Below are positions 1-10,019 of a stretch of 64,000 nt of DNA, in pieces. How positions within the stretch are numbered: the first letter of the stretch is position 1; the number at the start of each line of letters is the position of its first letter. This DNA comes from Vicinamibacterales bacterium (lineage in GTDB: Bacteria; Acidobacteriota; Vicinamibacteria; Vicinamibacterales; 2-12-FULL-66-21), in NCBI GenBank assembly GCA_035637115.1, contig DASPXV010000059.1, forward strand, positions 24,242-88,241, given 5' to 3'. Below the pieces are notes generated by a model. That model was not told the origin of the DNA, did not search any database, and worked only from the letters and a program-made list of their open reading frames with translations. A program made the position numbers and the translations under genes.

Positions 1-508
<508 letters not shown>

Positions 509-515
509 CAACAAA

Positions 516-608
516 CTCCCAATTCCCAATTCCCAATTCCCAATTCCCAATTCCCAAGTCCACAACTTGGTAGTTGGGAGTTGGTAGTTGGGAGTTGGTC
601 GTTGGGTG
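516..608. repeat. Heptamer-repeat hairpin filling the sufB-sufC spacer
   Basis: Six units of (C/T)TCCCAA at 516..557, a 9-nt centre, then six units of TTGGNNG at 567..608. The two blocks are imperfect reverse complements of each other. Confidence 0.8.
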
Positions 609-610
609 TT

Positions 611-2056
611 TTAGCCGACCGATCCTTCCAGGCTGACACTGAGGAGCTTCTGCGCTTCCACCGCGAATTCCATCGGGAGCTCGCGGAACACTTCCTTGCA
701 GAAGCCGCTGACGATCATGTTGACGGCGTCTTCCGTCGGCAGGCCGCGCTGGCGGCAGTAGAAGATCTGGTCTTCGCCGATCTTCGACGTGGACGCTTCG
801 TGCTCGACCTTCGCCGACGTATTGCGAATCTCGAGATACGGGAACGTATGCGCACCGCACTTGTCGCCGATCAGCAGCGAATCGCACTGCGAGTAGTTGC
901 GGGCGTTCGACGCGTTCTTGCCGATCCGCACCAGGCCGCGGTACGTGTTCTGGCCGTGGCCGGCGGAAATCCCCTTCGACACGATCGTGCTGCGGGTGTT
1001 CTTCCCGAGATGCACCATCTTGGTGCCGGTGTCCGCCTGCTGCCAGTTGTTCGTCGTCGCCACCGAATAGAATTCGCCGATCGAGCCGTCCCCCTGCAGG
1101 ATGCAGCCCGGGTACTTCCAGGTGATCGCCGAACCGGTTTCGACCTGCGTCCAGGTAATTTTCGAATGCCGCCCCTGGCACAGACCGCGCTTCGTGACGA
1201 AGTTGTAGATCCCGCCCTTGCCTTCCTTGTCGCCGGGATACCAGTTCTGGATCGTCGAATACTTGATGGTCGCATCGTCGTGCGCGACGAGCTCGACGAC
1301 AGCGGCGTGGAGCTGGTTTTCATCGCGCATCGGCGCCGTGCAGCCCTCGAGATAGCTCACGTAGGAGCCCTCGTCCGCGATGATCAGCGTGCGCTCGAAC
1401 TGCCCCGTGTCCTTCGCGTTGATGCGGAAGTAGGTGGACAGCTCCATCGGGCAGCGGACCCCCTTCGGCACGTAGACGAAGGAGCCGTCGCTGAACACCG
1501 CCGAGTTGAGCGCGGCGAAGAAATTGTCGGTGTGCGGCACGACGGAGCCGAGATATTTCTTCACGAGATCCGGGTGGTGCTGTACCGCCTCGGAGAACGA
1601 CATGAAGATGATCCCCATGCTCGCGAGCTTGTCGCGGAAGGTCGTCGCGACCGAGACGCTGTCGAACACGGCGTCAACCGCGACGCCCGCGAGGAGCTTC
1701 TGCTCTTCGATCGGGATGCCGAGCTTGTCGAAAGTCGCCTTCACCTCGGGATCGACTTCGTCGAGGCTGTTCAGCGCTTTCTTCTTCTTCGGCGCCGAGT
1801 AGTAAATGATGTCCTGGTAGTTGATCGGGTCGTACTTGACGTTCTGCCAGCTCGGCTCCTTCATCGTGAGCCAGAGGCGATACGCCTTGAGACGCCACTC
1901 GAGCAGCCACTCGGGCTCGTTCTTCTTCTTCGAGATGAGCCGCACGACGTCCTCATTGAGTCCCTTCGGGATCGACTCGCTCTCGACGTCGGTGATGAAG
2001 CCGTACTTGTACTCGCGATTGGCGAGTTGTTCGATGGTCTCAGTTGCTGTGCTCAT
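611..2056 (-). CDS. sufB: Fe-S cluster assembly protein SufB
   Basis: 481-aa ORF: [27 protein letters not shown]...[34 protein letters not shown]... This is typical full-length SufB. Confidence 0.95.
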   Translation of the reverse strand: MSTATETIEQLANREYKYGFITDVESESIPKGLNEDVVRLISKKKNEPEWLLEWRLKAYRLWLTMKEPSWQNVKYDPINYQDIIYYSAPKKKKALNSLDEVDPEVKATFDKLGIPIEEQKLLAGVAVDAVFDSVSVATTFRDKLASMGIIFMSFSEAVQHHPDLVKKYLGSVVPHTDNFFAALNSAVFSDGSFVYVPKGVRCPMELSTYFRINAKDTGQFERTLIIADEGSYVSYLEGCTAPMRDENQLHAAVVELVAHDDATIKYSTIQNWYPGDKEGKGGIYNFVTKRGLCQGRHSKITWTQVETGSAITWKYPGCILQGDGSIGEFYSVATTNNWQQADTGTKMVHLGKNTRSTIVSKGISAGHGQNTYRGLVRIGKNASNARNYSQCDSLLIGDKCGAHTFPYLEIRNTSAKVEHEASTSKIGEDQIFYCRQRGLPTEDAVNMIVSGFCKEVFRELPMEFAVEAQKLLSVSLEGSVG

Positions 2057-2068
2057 GGCAGCTTTCGT

Positions 2069-2395
2069 CTAAACGCTGAACGAGGTTCCGCACCCGCACG
2101 ATGATTTTGCGTTCGGGTTGTTGAAGATGAATCCCTTGCTGACCAGGCTCATGTCGTAGTCGAGCGTGGTGCCGTCAAGGAATCGGAAGCTGCGGGGATC
2201 GACGTAGACCTTCGATCCATCCGGACCGTCGAAGACGCGGTCCCCTTCGCGCGGCGCCGCTTCCCAGGCGAATGTGTAGCTGAGTCCGGAGCAGCCGCCC
2301 GCCTTGATTCCGATGCGCAGTCCGCCGTCCGGGATGCCGTTTTTTGCGGTCATTTTCCGGATCAGCTTCCCCGCGTTTTCACTGATTTGAAGCAT
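2069..2395 (-). CDS. IscA/HesB-family iron-sulfur cluster insertion protein
   Basis: 108 aa with ...GLRIGIKAGGCSGLSYTF... and a C-terminal ...SSCGCGTSFSV cysteine motif. It lies upstream of sufB. Confidence 0.85.
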   Translation of the reverse strand: MLQISENAGKLIRKMTAKNGIPDGGLRIGIKAGGCSGLSYTFAWEAAPREGDRVFDGPDGSKVYVDPRSFRFLDGTTLDYDMSLVSKGFIFNNPNAKSSCGCGTSFSV

Positions 2396-2475
2396 CGGCT
2401 CTAAACACCGACCATATGAGTCTTATATTACCACTTACGCGCGTCGTGCTAAAGGGGTTAAGCGCGCTCGAGGTG

Positions 2476-3588
2476 CTAATTGTGCTGGATTTCGTTGAGC
2501 CAGCTGAGGATACCGCCCGAGAGGTTGACCGCCCGGGTATAGCCCTTGCCGCGCAGCAGCGTCACCGCGCGCGCGCTCCGCGCGCCGGATCTGCAGTGGA
2601 CGACGATCTCGCGGGAGGGATCGATTTCGTCCAGGCGCCGAGGCAATTCGCCGAGGGGAATCAGCAGGGATCCCGGGATGCGCGATTCCGCAGCCTCTGC
2701 CGGTTCGCGGACGTCGAGGATGACCGGTACGCGTCCCGCGTCGATGCGCGCCTTCAGTTCGCGTGCCGTCATCTCCGCCACCGCAGGCGAACAGGGCGCC
2801 GCGTATTCACGCAGCGCCGTGATCGTTGGACGCGTCCCGCACACCGGGCAATCGGGATCTTTCGGCAGCTTCAGGTCGCGGAACCGCATCTTGAGCGCGT
2901 CGTAAATCAGGAAACGGCCGACGAGCGGCTCGCCGACGCCGAGAATCCACTTGATCGCTTCCGTCGCCTGAATCGTGCCGATGATACCCGGCAGCACTCC
3001 AAGCACGCCCGCTTCCGCGCAACTGGGCACGAGCCCGTCGGGCGGCGGCTCCGGATGCAGGCAGCGATAACACGGGCCGCCGGGCGCGGCGAATACCGAC
3101 GCCTGACCTTCGAAGCGGAAAATGCTGCCCCACGCGTTGGGTTTTCCGTACAGCACGCAGGCATCGTTGACGAGGTATCGCGCGGGAAAATTGTCAGTGC
3201 CATCGAGGACGACGTCGAACGCCTCGACGAGTTTCTTTCCGTTCGCCGCCGAGAAGCGCGCCTCGAACGTCTCGACGCGCACCTCGGGATTCAGCGACTC
3301 GAGTCTCGCCTGCGCCGCTTCAAGCTTCGAGCGGCCCACGTCGTTCGCGCCGTAGATGATCTGGCGCTGCAGATTGCTGACGTCGACGACGTCGAAGTCG
3401 ACCAGCCCGATCGTGCCCACGCCTGCGGCGGCGAGATAGAGTGCCGCCGGTGAACCGAGGCCGCCAGCGCCGACACAGAGGACGCGGGCAGCCTTCAGGC
3501 GCCGCTGCCCCTCGTTGCCTACCTCAGGCAGCAGGAGGTGCCGACTGTATCGCTCGCGCTCGCGCGGGCTCAGCTGGGCGTGATCCAT
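2476..3588 (-). CDS. moeB: MoeB/ThiF-family adenylyltransferase with a C-terminal rhodanese domain (MoeZ-like)
   Basis: RYSRHLLLPEVG..., the nucleotide loop VGAGGLGSP, CYRCL...CPVCG zinc motifs, and a C-terminal ...VVHCRSGARS rhodanese active-site loop. Confidence 0.85.
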   Translation of the reverse strand: MDHAQLSPRERERYSRHLLLPEVGNEGQRRLKAARVLCVGAGGLGSPAALYLAAAGVGTIGLVDFDVVDVSNLQRQIIYGANDVGRSKLEAAQARLESLNPEVRVETFEARFSAANGKKLVEAFDVVLDGTDNFPARYLVNDACVLYGKPNAWGSIFRFEGQASVFAAPGGPCYRCLHPEPPPDGLVPSCAEAGVLGVLPGIIGTIQATEAIKWILGVGEPLVGRFLIYDALKMRFRDLKLPKDPDCPVCGTRPTITALREYAAPCSPAVAEMTARELKARIDAGRVPVILDVREPAEAAESRIPGSLLIPLGELPRRLDEIDPSREIVVHCRSGARSARAVTLLRGKGYTRAVNLSGGILSWLNEIQHN

Positions 3589-3681
3589 TCAGGTGATCAT
3601 AAGCCGCCGCCGCGGAAGGCGCGGAAGGCGCGGCACGAATCCATTGTGATCTCGGGCGGTTTCGCCTAAACTTCGTGCATC

Positions 3682-4875
3682 GTGATCACCCCGCTTCTCG
3701 TGCTCGGCACGCTCTGCGCCGCGGCGGCCGCATGGGCGCTCGTCGCGGAACGGCGCGCCGCCTCCCTGGCCGCCGAGCTCGCCGCGGAACGCCGCGGATC
3801 CGCTGAGAAGCTCGCGCTCGTGGAACAGACGCGTGCGTCGCTCAGCGAAACATTCGCCGCCCTATCGTCGGACGCGCTGCGCAAGAACAACCAGTCGTTC
3901 CTCGAGCTCGCCGGCTCTTCGTTCGAGCCCGTGAAGTCGTCGCTCGACAAACTCGGCACGCACCTGCGCGAGACGGAGCGCGAGCACTCCGCGTTGAAAG
4001 GACAGCTTCGCTCCGTGAGCGAGACGCAGGAGCTGCTGCGCCAGCAGACGCAGGCGCTCGTCAACGCGCTCAAGTCGCCGAACCAGCGCGGGCGCTGGGG
4101 GGAAATCCAGCTGCGCAACATCGTCGAACGCGCCGGGATGGCGCAGTTCTGCGGCGATTTCAGCGAAAAGAATTTCATCGAGGACGAGACGGGTCGGCGA
4201 TCGATTCCCGACATGACGGTCCGCCTGCCCAACGGCTCGTGCATCGTGATCGACTCGAAAGTGCCGATCGACGCCTACCTCAACGCGGTCGATACCGATG
4301 GCGCGCGGCGGGACGCGCTGATGAAAGATCACGCGCGCCAGGTGCGCGAGCACATCAAGGGCCTCTCGACGAAGACGTACTGGGCCAAGTTCACGCCGAC
4401 GCCGGAACTCGTCGTGATGTTCGTTCCCGGCGAGCCGCTGTTCAGCGCCGCGCTGCAGTACGATCCGGCGCTCTTCGACTATGCGGCGGACCAGCGGGTG
4501 ATTCCTGCGTCGCCGCTGACGCTGCTCGCGCTGCTGCGAACGGTCGCATCGGCGTGGCAGCAACAGCGCATGGCGCAGAGCGCCGAAGAGGTGCGCGCGC
4601 TCGGTACTGAGCTCTACGAGCGGCTCTCGGTCATGGCCGAAAACATCCAGTCGGTTGGAATGAACCTCAAACAGGCGGGCGCCGCGTACGACCGGTTCGT
4701 CGGGTCACTGGAGTCGCGTGTGCTCGTCACGGCGCGCAAGTTTCGTGAGCTCGGCGTGAGCGCCGCAAAGGAAATCCCCGACCTGGATCCTGTCCAAATC
4801 GAAGTGCGCGAACCTCGCGCGCCGGAGCTCCGCGCTCCCGTCCAGGAATCGTTGATAGAAGAGGTCAGCAGCTAG
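3682..4875 (+). CDS. rmuC: DNA recombination protein RmuC
   Basis: 397 aa with an N-terminal TM and coiled-coil region, then ...GRWGEIQLRNIVERAGM...PDMTVRLPNGSCIVIDSKVP..., which is characteristic of RmuC. The start codon is GTG. Confidence 0.85.
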   Translation: MITPLLVLGTLCAAAAAWALVAERRAASLAAELAAERRGSAEKLALVEQTRASLSETFAALSSDALRKNNQSFLELAGSSFEPVKSSLDKLGTHLRETEREHSALKGQLRSVSETQELLRQQTQALVNALKSPNQRGRWGEIQLRNIVERAGMAQFCGDFSEKNFIEDETGRRSIPDMTVRLPNGSCIVIDSKVPIDAYLNAVDTDGARRDALMKDHARQVREHIKGLSTKTYWAKFTPTPELVVMFVPGEPLFSAALQYDPALFDYAADQRVIPASPLTLLALLRTVASAWQQQRMAQSAEEVRALGTELYERLSVMAENIQSVGMNLKQAGAAYDRFVGSLESRVLVTARKFRELGVSAAKEIPDLDPVQIEVREPRAPELRAPVQESLIEEVSS

Positions 4876-4884
4876 TGTAGCGGT

Positions 4885-5598
4885 TCACTTGATCGCCGCT
4901 GTGAGGGTGACGCGGGCCCTGACCTCAATCTCGCCCGCCTCGATCGGCACCGCGGCCTGCGCGGCCTCATTGCGCATCGCCGCCATTGGCATGGGCCGCG
5001 GACCGTCCACCACGTCGCGCTGCTCCTCGATTCGGATCACACGCTCGATGGCGACATCACCGCCGCTCGCCGCGGCGTCGGCCCGGCGGCGCGCATCGCG
5101 CACCGCCAGCCTGAGTGCTTCCCGCTCGACCGAGTCCCGATCTTTCAGATCGAAACGCACGCCGCTGACGTTCGTCGCGCCCGTCGAGACCGCCGCCGCA
5201 ATGATGTCACCGGTCTTCGCCAGCGCATCGACCCGGACCTGCACCTGGTTGCGCGCCACGTATCCGCGCAACGTCTGCTTCCCATTCGCGTAGTCGAACT
5301 CGGGCTGCAGGTTGTAGCCGGTGGTCTGGATCGCGTCGGCCGCAATGCCGGCTGCCTTGATCTTGTCGACGACCGCCGTCATTGCATCGGTATTCATCCG
5401 CTGCGCATCCTGGGCCGTGCGCGCGCGGCTTTCCGCAGCAATCGATACCCAAGCGCGATCCGGCGCTTGTTTGATGATGCCTTCACCATTCGTGACAATC
5501 ACGGCGGGCGGCGGCGGCGGCGGCTGCGTTGCTGATTGCGCGAATGAAGAAGCAGCGGCAAGAACACAGATGGCAAGAGTTACCGAAAGATGTTTCAT
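4885..5598 (-). CDS. SIMPL/DUF541-domain periplasmic protein
   Basis: Signal peptide MKHLSVTLAICVLAAASSFAQS, then ...GYNLQPEFDY...RGYVARNQVQVRV..., which resembles the 26-kDa periplasmic immunogenic protein family. Confidence 0.75.
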   Translation of the reverse strand: MKHLSVTLAICVLAAASSFAQSATQPPPPPPAVIVTNGEGIIKQAPDRAWVSIAAESRARTAQDAQRMNTDAMTAVVDKIKAAGIAADAIQTTGYNLQPEFDYANGKQTLRGYVARNQVQVRVDALAKTGDIIAAAVSTGATNVSGVRFDLKDRDSVEREALRLAVRDARRRADAAASGGDVAIERVIRIEEQRDVVDGPRPMPMAAMRNEAAQAAVPIEAGEIEVRARVTLTAAIK

Positions 5599-5616
5599 GA
5601 GATCACCAGGCGGAAG

Positions 5617-6414
5617 CTACAAGGAACATGCGACGCGAAATCCGATGCCGTACGAGTATGTGTCGGGCGGCACCTTGTGGCGGTGACTGCACGACAGCAT
5701 CCGCACGTCCGCGACCAGCCAGCTGCCGCCGCGAAGCAGCCGCAGATGCCCGAGCGGCGGACCGGTGGGGTTGCGCGCGCCCGCGGTCCCGTAATAACGC
5801 GCGTCGTACCAATCGTGCACCCACTCCCAGACGTTCCCCGCCATGTCGAACAAACCGTACGCGTTCGGCGGATATGAGCGGCACGGCGTGGTTCCGTGCG
5901 TCGGCTTCAACGCGGGATCCACGAGGAAGTTTGCCAGGTTGCGATCGAGCCGATCTCCCCACGGATACCGTTTGGACTCCGCCCCTCCGCGCGCGGCCTT
6001 TTCCCATTCCGCCTCGGTCGGCAGCCTGAAGATGCGTCCGGTTGAGGCCGAGAGCCACGCGCAGTACGCGGAGGCATCGTCGTAGCGGACGAGGCACACG
6101 GGATGATCGGCGCGGTCCGCCGGAGGCATGACGTCGTGCCACACGTATGGCGCCCCCGCCTGCCGGAATGCGTGCTCGCGTTCGGCGCCGCCGGCCTTCA
6201 CGACCATCGGCAGCTCGTAGATCGCCGGCGTGCGGTGGCCGGTGTCGTGCACGAAGCGCGCGTAGTCGGCATTCGTAACCGGCTGCACCGCGAGGAAGAA
6301 GTCGTCCACGTGCACCCGGTGGATCGGGCGTTCGTCCTCCTCGGCGTCGTCGGATCCCATGAGGAATTCGCCGCCGGGGATCAGCGCCAGTTCGGGCGCG
6401 AGGTCGGTGCTCAT
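5617..6414 (-). CDS. Formylglycine-generating-enzyme (SUMF1/EgtB-like) family protein
   Basis: MSTDLAPELALIPGGEFLMGSDD...RVHVDDFFLAVQPVTNADYARF...NVWEWVHDW...RLLRGGSW... I use the start at M95 of the track ORF; the longer version overlaps the divergent gene. Confidence 0.8.
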   Translation of the reverse strand: MSTDLAPELALIPGGEFLMGSDDAEEDERPIHRVHVDDFFLAVQPVTNADYARFVHDTGHRTPAIYELPMVVKAGGAEREHAFRQAGAPYVWHDVMPPADRADHPVCLVRYDDASAYCAWLSASTGRIFRLPTEAEWEKAARGGAESKRYPWGDRLDRNLANFLVDPALKPTHGTTPCRSYPPNAYGLFDMAGNVWEWVHDWYDARYYGTAGARNPTGPPLGHLRLLRGGSWLVADVRMLSCSHRHKVPPDTYSYGIGFRVACSL

Positions 6415-6438
6415 CGCGTGTGTCAAGAAGGATAGCGC

Positions 6439-7605
6439 ATGATGCTTTTCGACTACACTTGCCCGATGAAACTCGAAACGTTCGCGCTCGAACGTTTTCA
6501 GTCGATCTGGGAAAACCGGGTCGCGTGGAACGTGTCCGAAAGTGGCGTGCATCCGCTGCGCGTCGCCGAGCTGGTGGACACCACCGAGCTGCGCGACGCG
6601 CTCCTGGAACACGAGCTCGGATACCCGCAGACCAACGGCACCGTCGAACTGCGCGAGCTGATCGCCGCGATGTATCCAGGCGCGACGCCTGAGCACGTGC
6701 AGGTGACCAACGGCGGCTCCGAAGCGAACTGCGTGCTGCTGATGCGGCTGGTGGAGCCGGGCGACGAGATCGTCTTCATGACGCCGAATTACATGCAGGC
6801 TTCAGGGCTTGCACGCGCGCTCGGCGCCACAGTGCGGCCGTGGCGCCTGCGCGAGACAGGCACGGGCGAAGATGCGCGCTGGATGGCGGACCTGGACGAG
6901 TTGAAGGACCTGGTCGGCGCGCGCACGCGGGCGATCCTGCTGTGCAACCCGAACAACCCCACGGGCGCGCGCGTCGAAGAGGCAGCACTCGATGAAATTT
7001 GCCGGATCGCATCTGCGGTCGGTGCCTGGGTGATCGGCGACGAGATCTATCGGGGCGCGGAACGCGTGGCCGACGACACGCCTACCGTATGGGGCCGCTA
7101 CGAGCGCGCGATCGTATCGAGCGGATTGTCGAAGGCGTACGGCCTGCCGGGACTCCGCATCGGATGGAGCGTGGCGCCGCCTGATCTGATCTCGGACCTC
7201 TGGGCAATCCATGACTACACGACAATCGCGCCCGGCGGGATCAACGATCGCCTCGCGCGGACGGCGCTGACTCCCGAACGACGCGAAATCCTGCTGGCCA
7301 GGACCCGCGGCATCATCCGCACGAACTACCCGCTCGTGCGCCGATGGATCGAGAAGCAGGACGGATTGAGCCACATCGCGCCGGAAGCGGGCGCAATCGT
7401 GTTCGTGAAGCACCAGCACCCATTCCGATCCTCAGAGCTCACCGAACGGCTGCGCGATGAGCGCAGCGTACTCGTGGTGCCGGGCGATTACTTCGACATG
7501 GACGGCTACCTGCGCATCGGCTTCGGCTCTGACCCGGATTACCTCGCGTCGGCGCTGACGCTCATCGGCGAATTCCTGGCTTCCATCGGCATGCATGCGG
7601 GCTGA
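6439..7605 (+). CDS. Class I/II PLP-dependent aminotransferase
   Basis: 388 aa with ...NPNNPTGA...SSGLSKAYGLPGLRIGW..., which contains the PLP-lysine motif. Confidence 0.8.
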   Translation: MMLFDYTCPMKLETFALERFQSIWENRVAWNVSESGVHPLRVAELVDTTELRDALLEHELGYPQTNGTVELRELIAAMYPGATPEHVQVTNGGSEANCVLLMRLVEPGDEIVFMTPNYMQASGLARALGATVRPWRLRETGTGEDARWMADLDELKDLVGARTRAILLCNPNNPTGARVEEAALDEICRIASAVGAWVIGDEIYRGAERVADDTPTVWGRYERAIVSSGLSKAYGLPGLRIGWSVAPPDLISDLWAIHDYTTIAPGGINDRLARTALTPERREILLARTRGIIRTNYPLVRRWIEKQDGLSHIAPEAGAIVFVKHQHPFRSSELTERLRDERSVLVVPGDYFDMDGYLRIGFGSDPDYLASALTLIGEFLASIGMHAG

Positions 7606-8671
7606 TCTCGCGCTGGTCGGCTTCGGCCACGTGGGACGACGGTTCGCGCGCCTGATCGAGGAACGGCGCGACTGGCTGGCGCTCGACTACGACCTCGAAT
7701 GCCGCGTCGTCGGCGTCGCCACACGTCATCACGGCAGCGTGTTTCGCGAGTCGGGGCTCGACGGTGTCGCCATGGCCGTGAACGTCGAGAGCGGTCATCC
7801 GATCGTGCAGCCCGGCATCGAGGCCGCGGATGGTTTCGAAGTGATCAAGCAGCTCTCCTCCACGGACGCCCCGGTGAAGGTCGTCGTCGAAACGACGATG
7901 CTCGACATCGCCGCCGGGCAGCCGGCGATCGATCACGTGCGCGCGGCATTGCAGGCGGGGTGTCACGTGACGACGGCGAACAAGGGGCCGGCCGCGTTCG
8001 CCTTCGAGGAGCTCAGCGTTCTCGCGGACGATCGCGACAGATCGTTCCTGTTCGAGGGCGCGGTGATGGACGGCGTTCCGATTTTCAACTTGGTGCGCGA
8101 GACGCTGCCGGCCGTGCAGATCACCGGACTCCGCGGCGTCATCAACAGCACGACGAACCACATCCTGACGGCGCTCGAGGACGGTCAGAGCTTCGACGCC
8201 GCGTTGCAGCGGATGCAGGCGCTCGGCATCGCGGAAGCGGATGCGTCGCTGGACGTTGACGGCTGGGACGCCGCGGCGAAGACATCGGCGCTCGCGAACG
8301 TGCTGATGCGCGCGCGAATGACACCGCAGGCCGTGGAAAGGGAAGGAATCGGGCCGGCGACCGCACGGCTAGCCATGGCCGCGAAGGCGCGCGGCGCGCG
8401 CGTGCGGCTGGTTGCTTCCGCGCGCACCACGCCTGACGGTGTGATGACCTCGGTCCGGCCGGTGGAGTTGCCCGAAACTGATTTGCTGGCTGGCCTTCGC
8501 GGAATGGCGAACGCGCTGATCCTGCAGACCGATCTGCTCGGCGAGGTCGCAATCTGCCAGTTGAGCGGCAGCCTGACCCAGACCGCTTATGCGTTACTCA
8601 GCGACCTGGTTACGATCCGCCGCCGCCTGCCGCCAATGCCGCACGCAGCCGTGCCTGGTCGAATCCGGTGA
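7595..8671 (+). CDS. Homoserine dehydrogenase-family oxidoreductase
   Basis: The N-terminal sequence LVGFGHVGRRF is Rossmann-like. Later motifs are ...VTTANKGP... and ...EGAVMDGVPIFN... The start overlaps the aminotransferase stop by 11 nt. Confidence 0.7.
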   Translation: MRADLALVGFGHVGRRFARLIEERRDWLALDYDLECRVVGVATRHHGSVFRESGLDGVAMAVNVESGHPIVQPGIEAADGFEVIKQLSSTDAPVKVVVETTMLDIAAGQPAIDHVRAALQAGCHVTTANKGPAAFAFEELSVLADDRDRSFLFEGAVMDGVPIFNLVRETLPAVQITGLRGVINSTTNHILTALEDGQSFDAALQRMQALGIAEADASLDVDGWDAAAKTSALANVLMRARMTPQAVEREGIGPATARLAMAAKARGARVRLVASARTTPDGVMTSVRPVELPETDLLAGLRGMANALILQTDLLGEVAICQLSGSLTQTAYALLSDLVTIRRRLPPMPHAAVPGRIR

Positions 8672-8858
8672 TGACTTGGTCGCCGATCACGATTGTTGGA
8701 ACAGAGCGGGCGCCCAGCGCCATCAGCTCGTCATAAGCCGTGTCGTCTTCCTCGATGTTCTTCGCTTCGAACGGGTGCCCTTCGCGTGAAAGAAACTCCT
8801 TCACCAGATCGCACGCGCGTCAACGCGAGCCGGAATACACAGTGATCTTCAGCGCCAT
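8610..8858 (-). CDS. Small glutaredoxin/NrdH-like protein with an in-frame TGA at the CxxC position (candidate selenoprotein, UxxC)
   Basis: The tail of track ORF 8820..9212 (MALKITVYSGSR) and track ORF 8610..8804 are in the same frame, separated only by TGA at 8822..8820. Joined they read MALKITVYSGSR-U-RACDLVKEFLSREGHPFEAKNIEEDD...SVPTIVIGDQVITGF... Confidence 0.55.
8786..8804 (-). promoter_or_regulatory. Candidate bacterial SECIS stem-loop
   Basis: The mRNA sequence GUGAAGGA-GUU-UCUUUCAC starts 16 nt after the UGA. It forms 8 bp including one G.U pair, with GU in the apical loop. Confidence 0.4.
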
Positions 8859-8867
8859 ATTCCTAGT

Positions 8868-10019
8868 ATGACGCCGCTCGAGAACGTCACGGTTCTGGAT
8901 TTCAGCCGGGTGCTGGCCGGGCCGTACTGCACGATGCAGCTCGGAGACCTCGGCGCGCGAGTCATCAAAATCGAGCAGCCGGGACGCGGCGACGACACGC
9001 GCGCGTGGGGACCGCCGTTCGTGAACGGCGAAAGCGCCTACTTCCTGAGCGTCAATCGCAACAAGGAAAGCGTGGCGCTCGATCTGAAGGACGACAGCTC
9101 GCGGCCGATCGTCGCAGCGCTTCTCTCGCGGGCCGACATCCTCGTGGAGAATTTCCGGCCGGGCACGATGGAGCGTCTCGGGTTTGGATACGACGCGATA
9201 GCGGCGAAACACCCACGCCTGATCTACTGCTCGATTTCAGGCTTCGGGCAGACGGGCCCGCGCAGCGCCGAGGCGGGCTACGACGCGATGATCCAGGCCG
9301 AGGGTGGGTTGATGAGCATCACGGGAGCGCCGGAGGGGTCCCCTTACCGCCTCGGCGTGGCGATCGGCGATATCGCCACCGGCATGTTCGCCGTCCAGGC
9401 GATCCTGGCGGCCCTGCTCGTGCGCGAGCGGACGGGCCGCGGGCAGCGCGTCGACATCGCGATGCTGGACTCTGTGACATCGCTGCTCACTTACCAGGCA
9501 TCCAGCGCGTTCGCCACCGGGGTCACGCCAACGCGGATGGGCAATCGTCATCCATCCATTGCGCCGTATGACACGTTTGCTGCCGCGGACGGCGAGTTCG
9601 TGCTTTCCGTCGGTAACGACGAGCAATTCCGCCGTCTTTCAGAAGTCCTCGGGCGTCCGGCACTCGCGCAGGATTCCCGCTTCGTGACGAATGCACAGCG
9701 CGTGGAGAACTACGAGGTGCTGAGGCACGAGCTGTCGGGGCTTCTCGTCAACTGGACCCGCGAGAAAGTGCTTGCCGCGTTGACCGCTGCAGGAGTGCCG
9801 TGTGGCGCGGTGCGCACCGTGACAGAGGCGCTCGCCGATCCGCAGCTGGCCGCGCGCGACATGATCGTTCCGCTCGAACATGCGACCGCGGGGCCCATCA
9901 AGGTGCTCGGCACACCGCTGAAGCTGTCTGAAACGCCCGCGAGAATCCGCACGCCGCCGCCTGCGCTGGGTCAACACACGGCCGCGGTGCTGCGAGAGCT
10001 GGGATTTACCGTTCGATAA
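8868..10019 (+). CDS. CaiB/BaiF family III CoA-transferase
   Basis: MTPLENVTVLDFSRVLAGPYCTMQLGDLGARVIKIEQPGRGDDTRAWGPPF... is the canonical family III N-terminus. Confidence 0.85.
   Translation: MTPLENVTVLDFSRVLAGPYCTMQLGDLGARVIKIEQPGRGDDTRAWGPPFVNGESAYFLSVNRNKESVALDLKDDSSRPIVAALLSRADILVENFRPGTMERLGFGYDAIAAKHPRLIYCSISGFGQTGPRSAEAGYDAMIQAEGGLMSITGAPEGSPYRLGVAIGDIATGMFAVQAILAALLVRERTGRGQRVDIAMLDSVTSLLTYQASSAFATGVTPTRMGNRHPSIAPYDTFAAADGEFVLSVGNDEQFRRLSEVLGRPALAQDSRFVTNAQRVENYEVLRHELSGLLVNWTREKVLAALTAAGVPCGAVRTVTEALADPQLAARDMIVPLEHATAGPIKVLGTPLKLSETPARIRTPPPALGQHTAAVLRELGFTVR

Noticed and set aside
5617-6696. N-terminally extended versions of several track ORFs (FGE-like 5617..6696, nagA 17230..18582, fabI 28353..29315, pxpA 39628..40626, DHS-like 19748..21163, ubiE 10449..11297)
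   Set aside because: The extensions are Arg/Ala-rich, overlap neighbouring genes and precede internal Met residues that match family N-termini. In several cases those Met codons create ATGA overlaps. The shorter starts were used.
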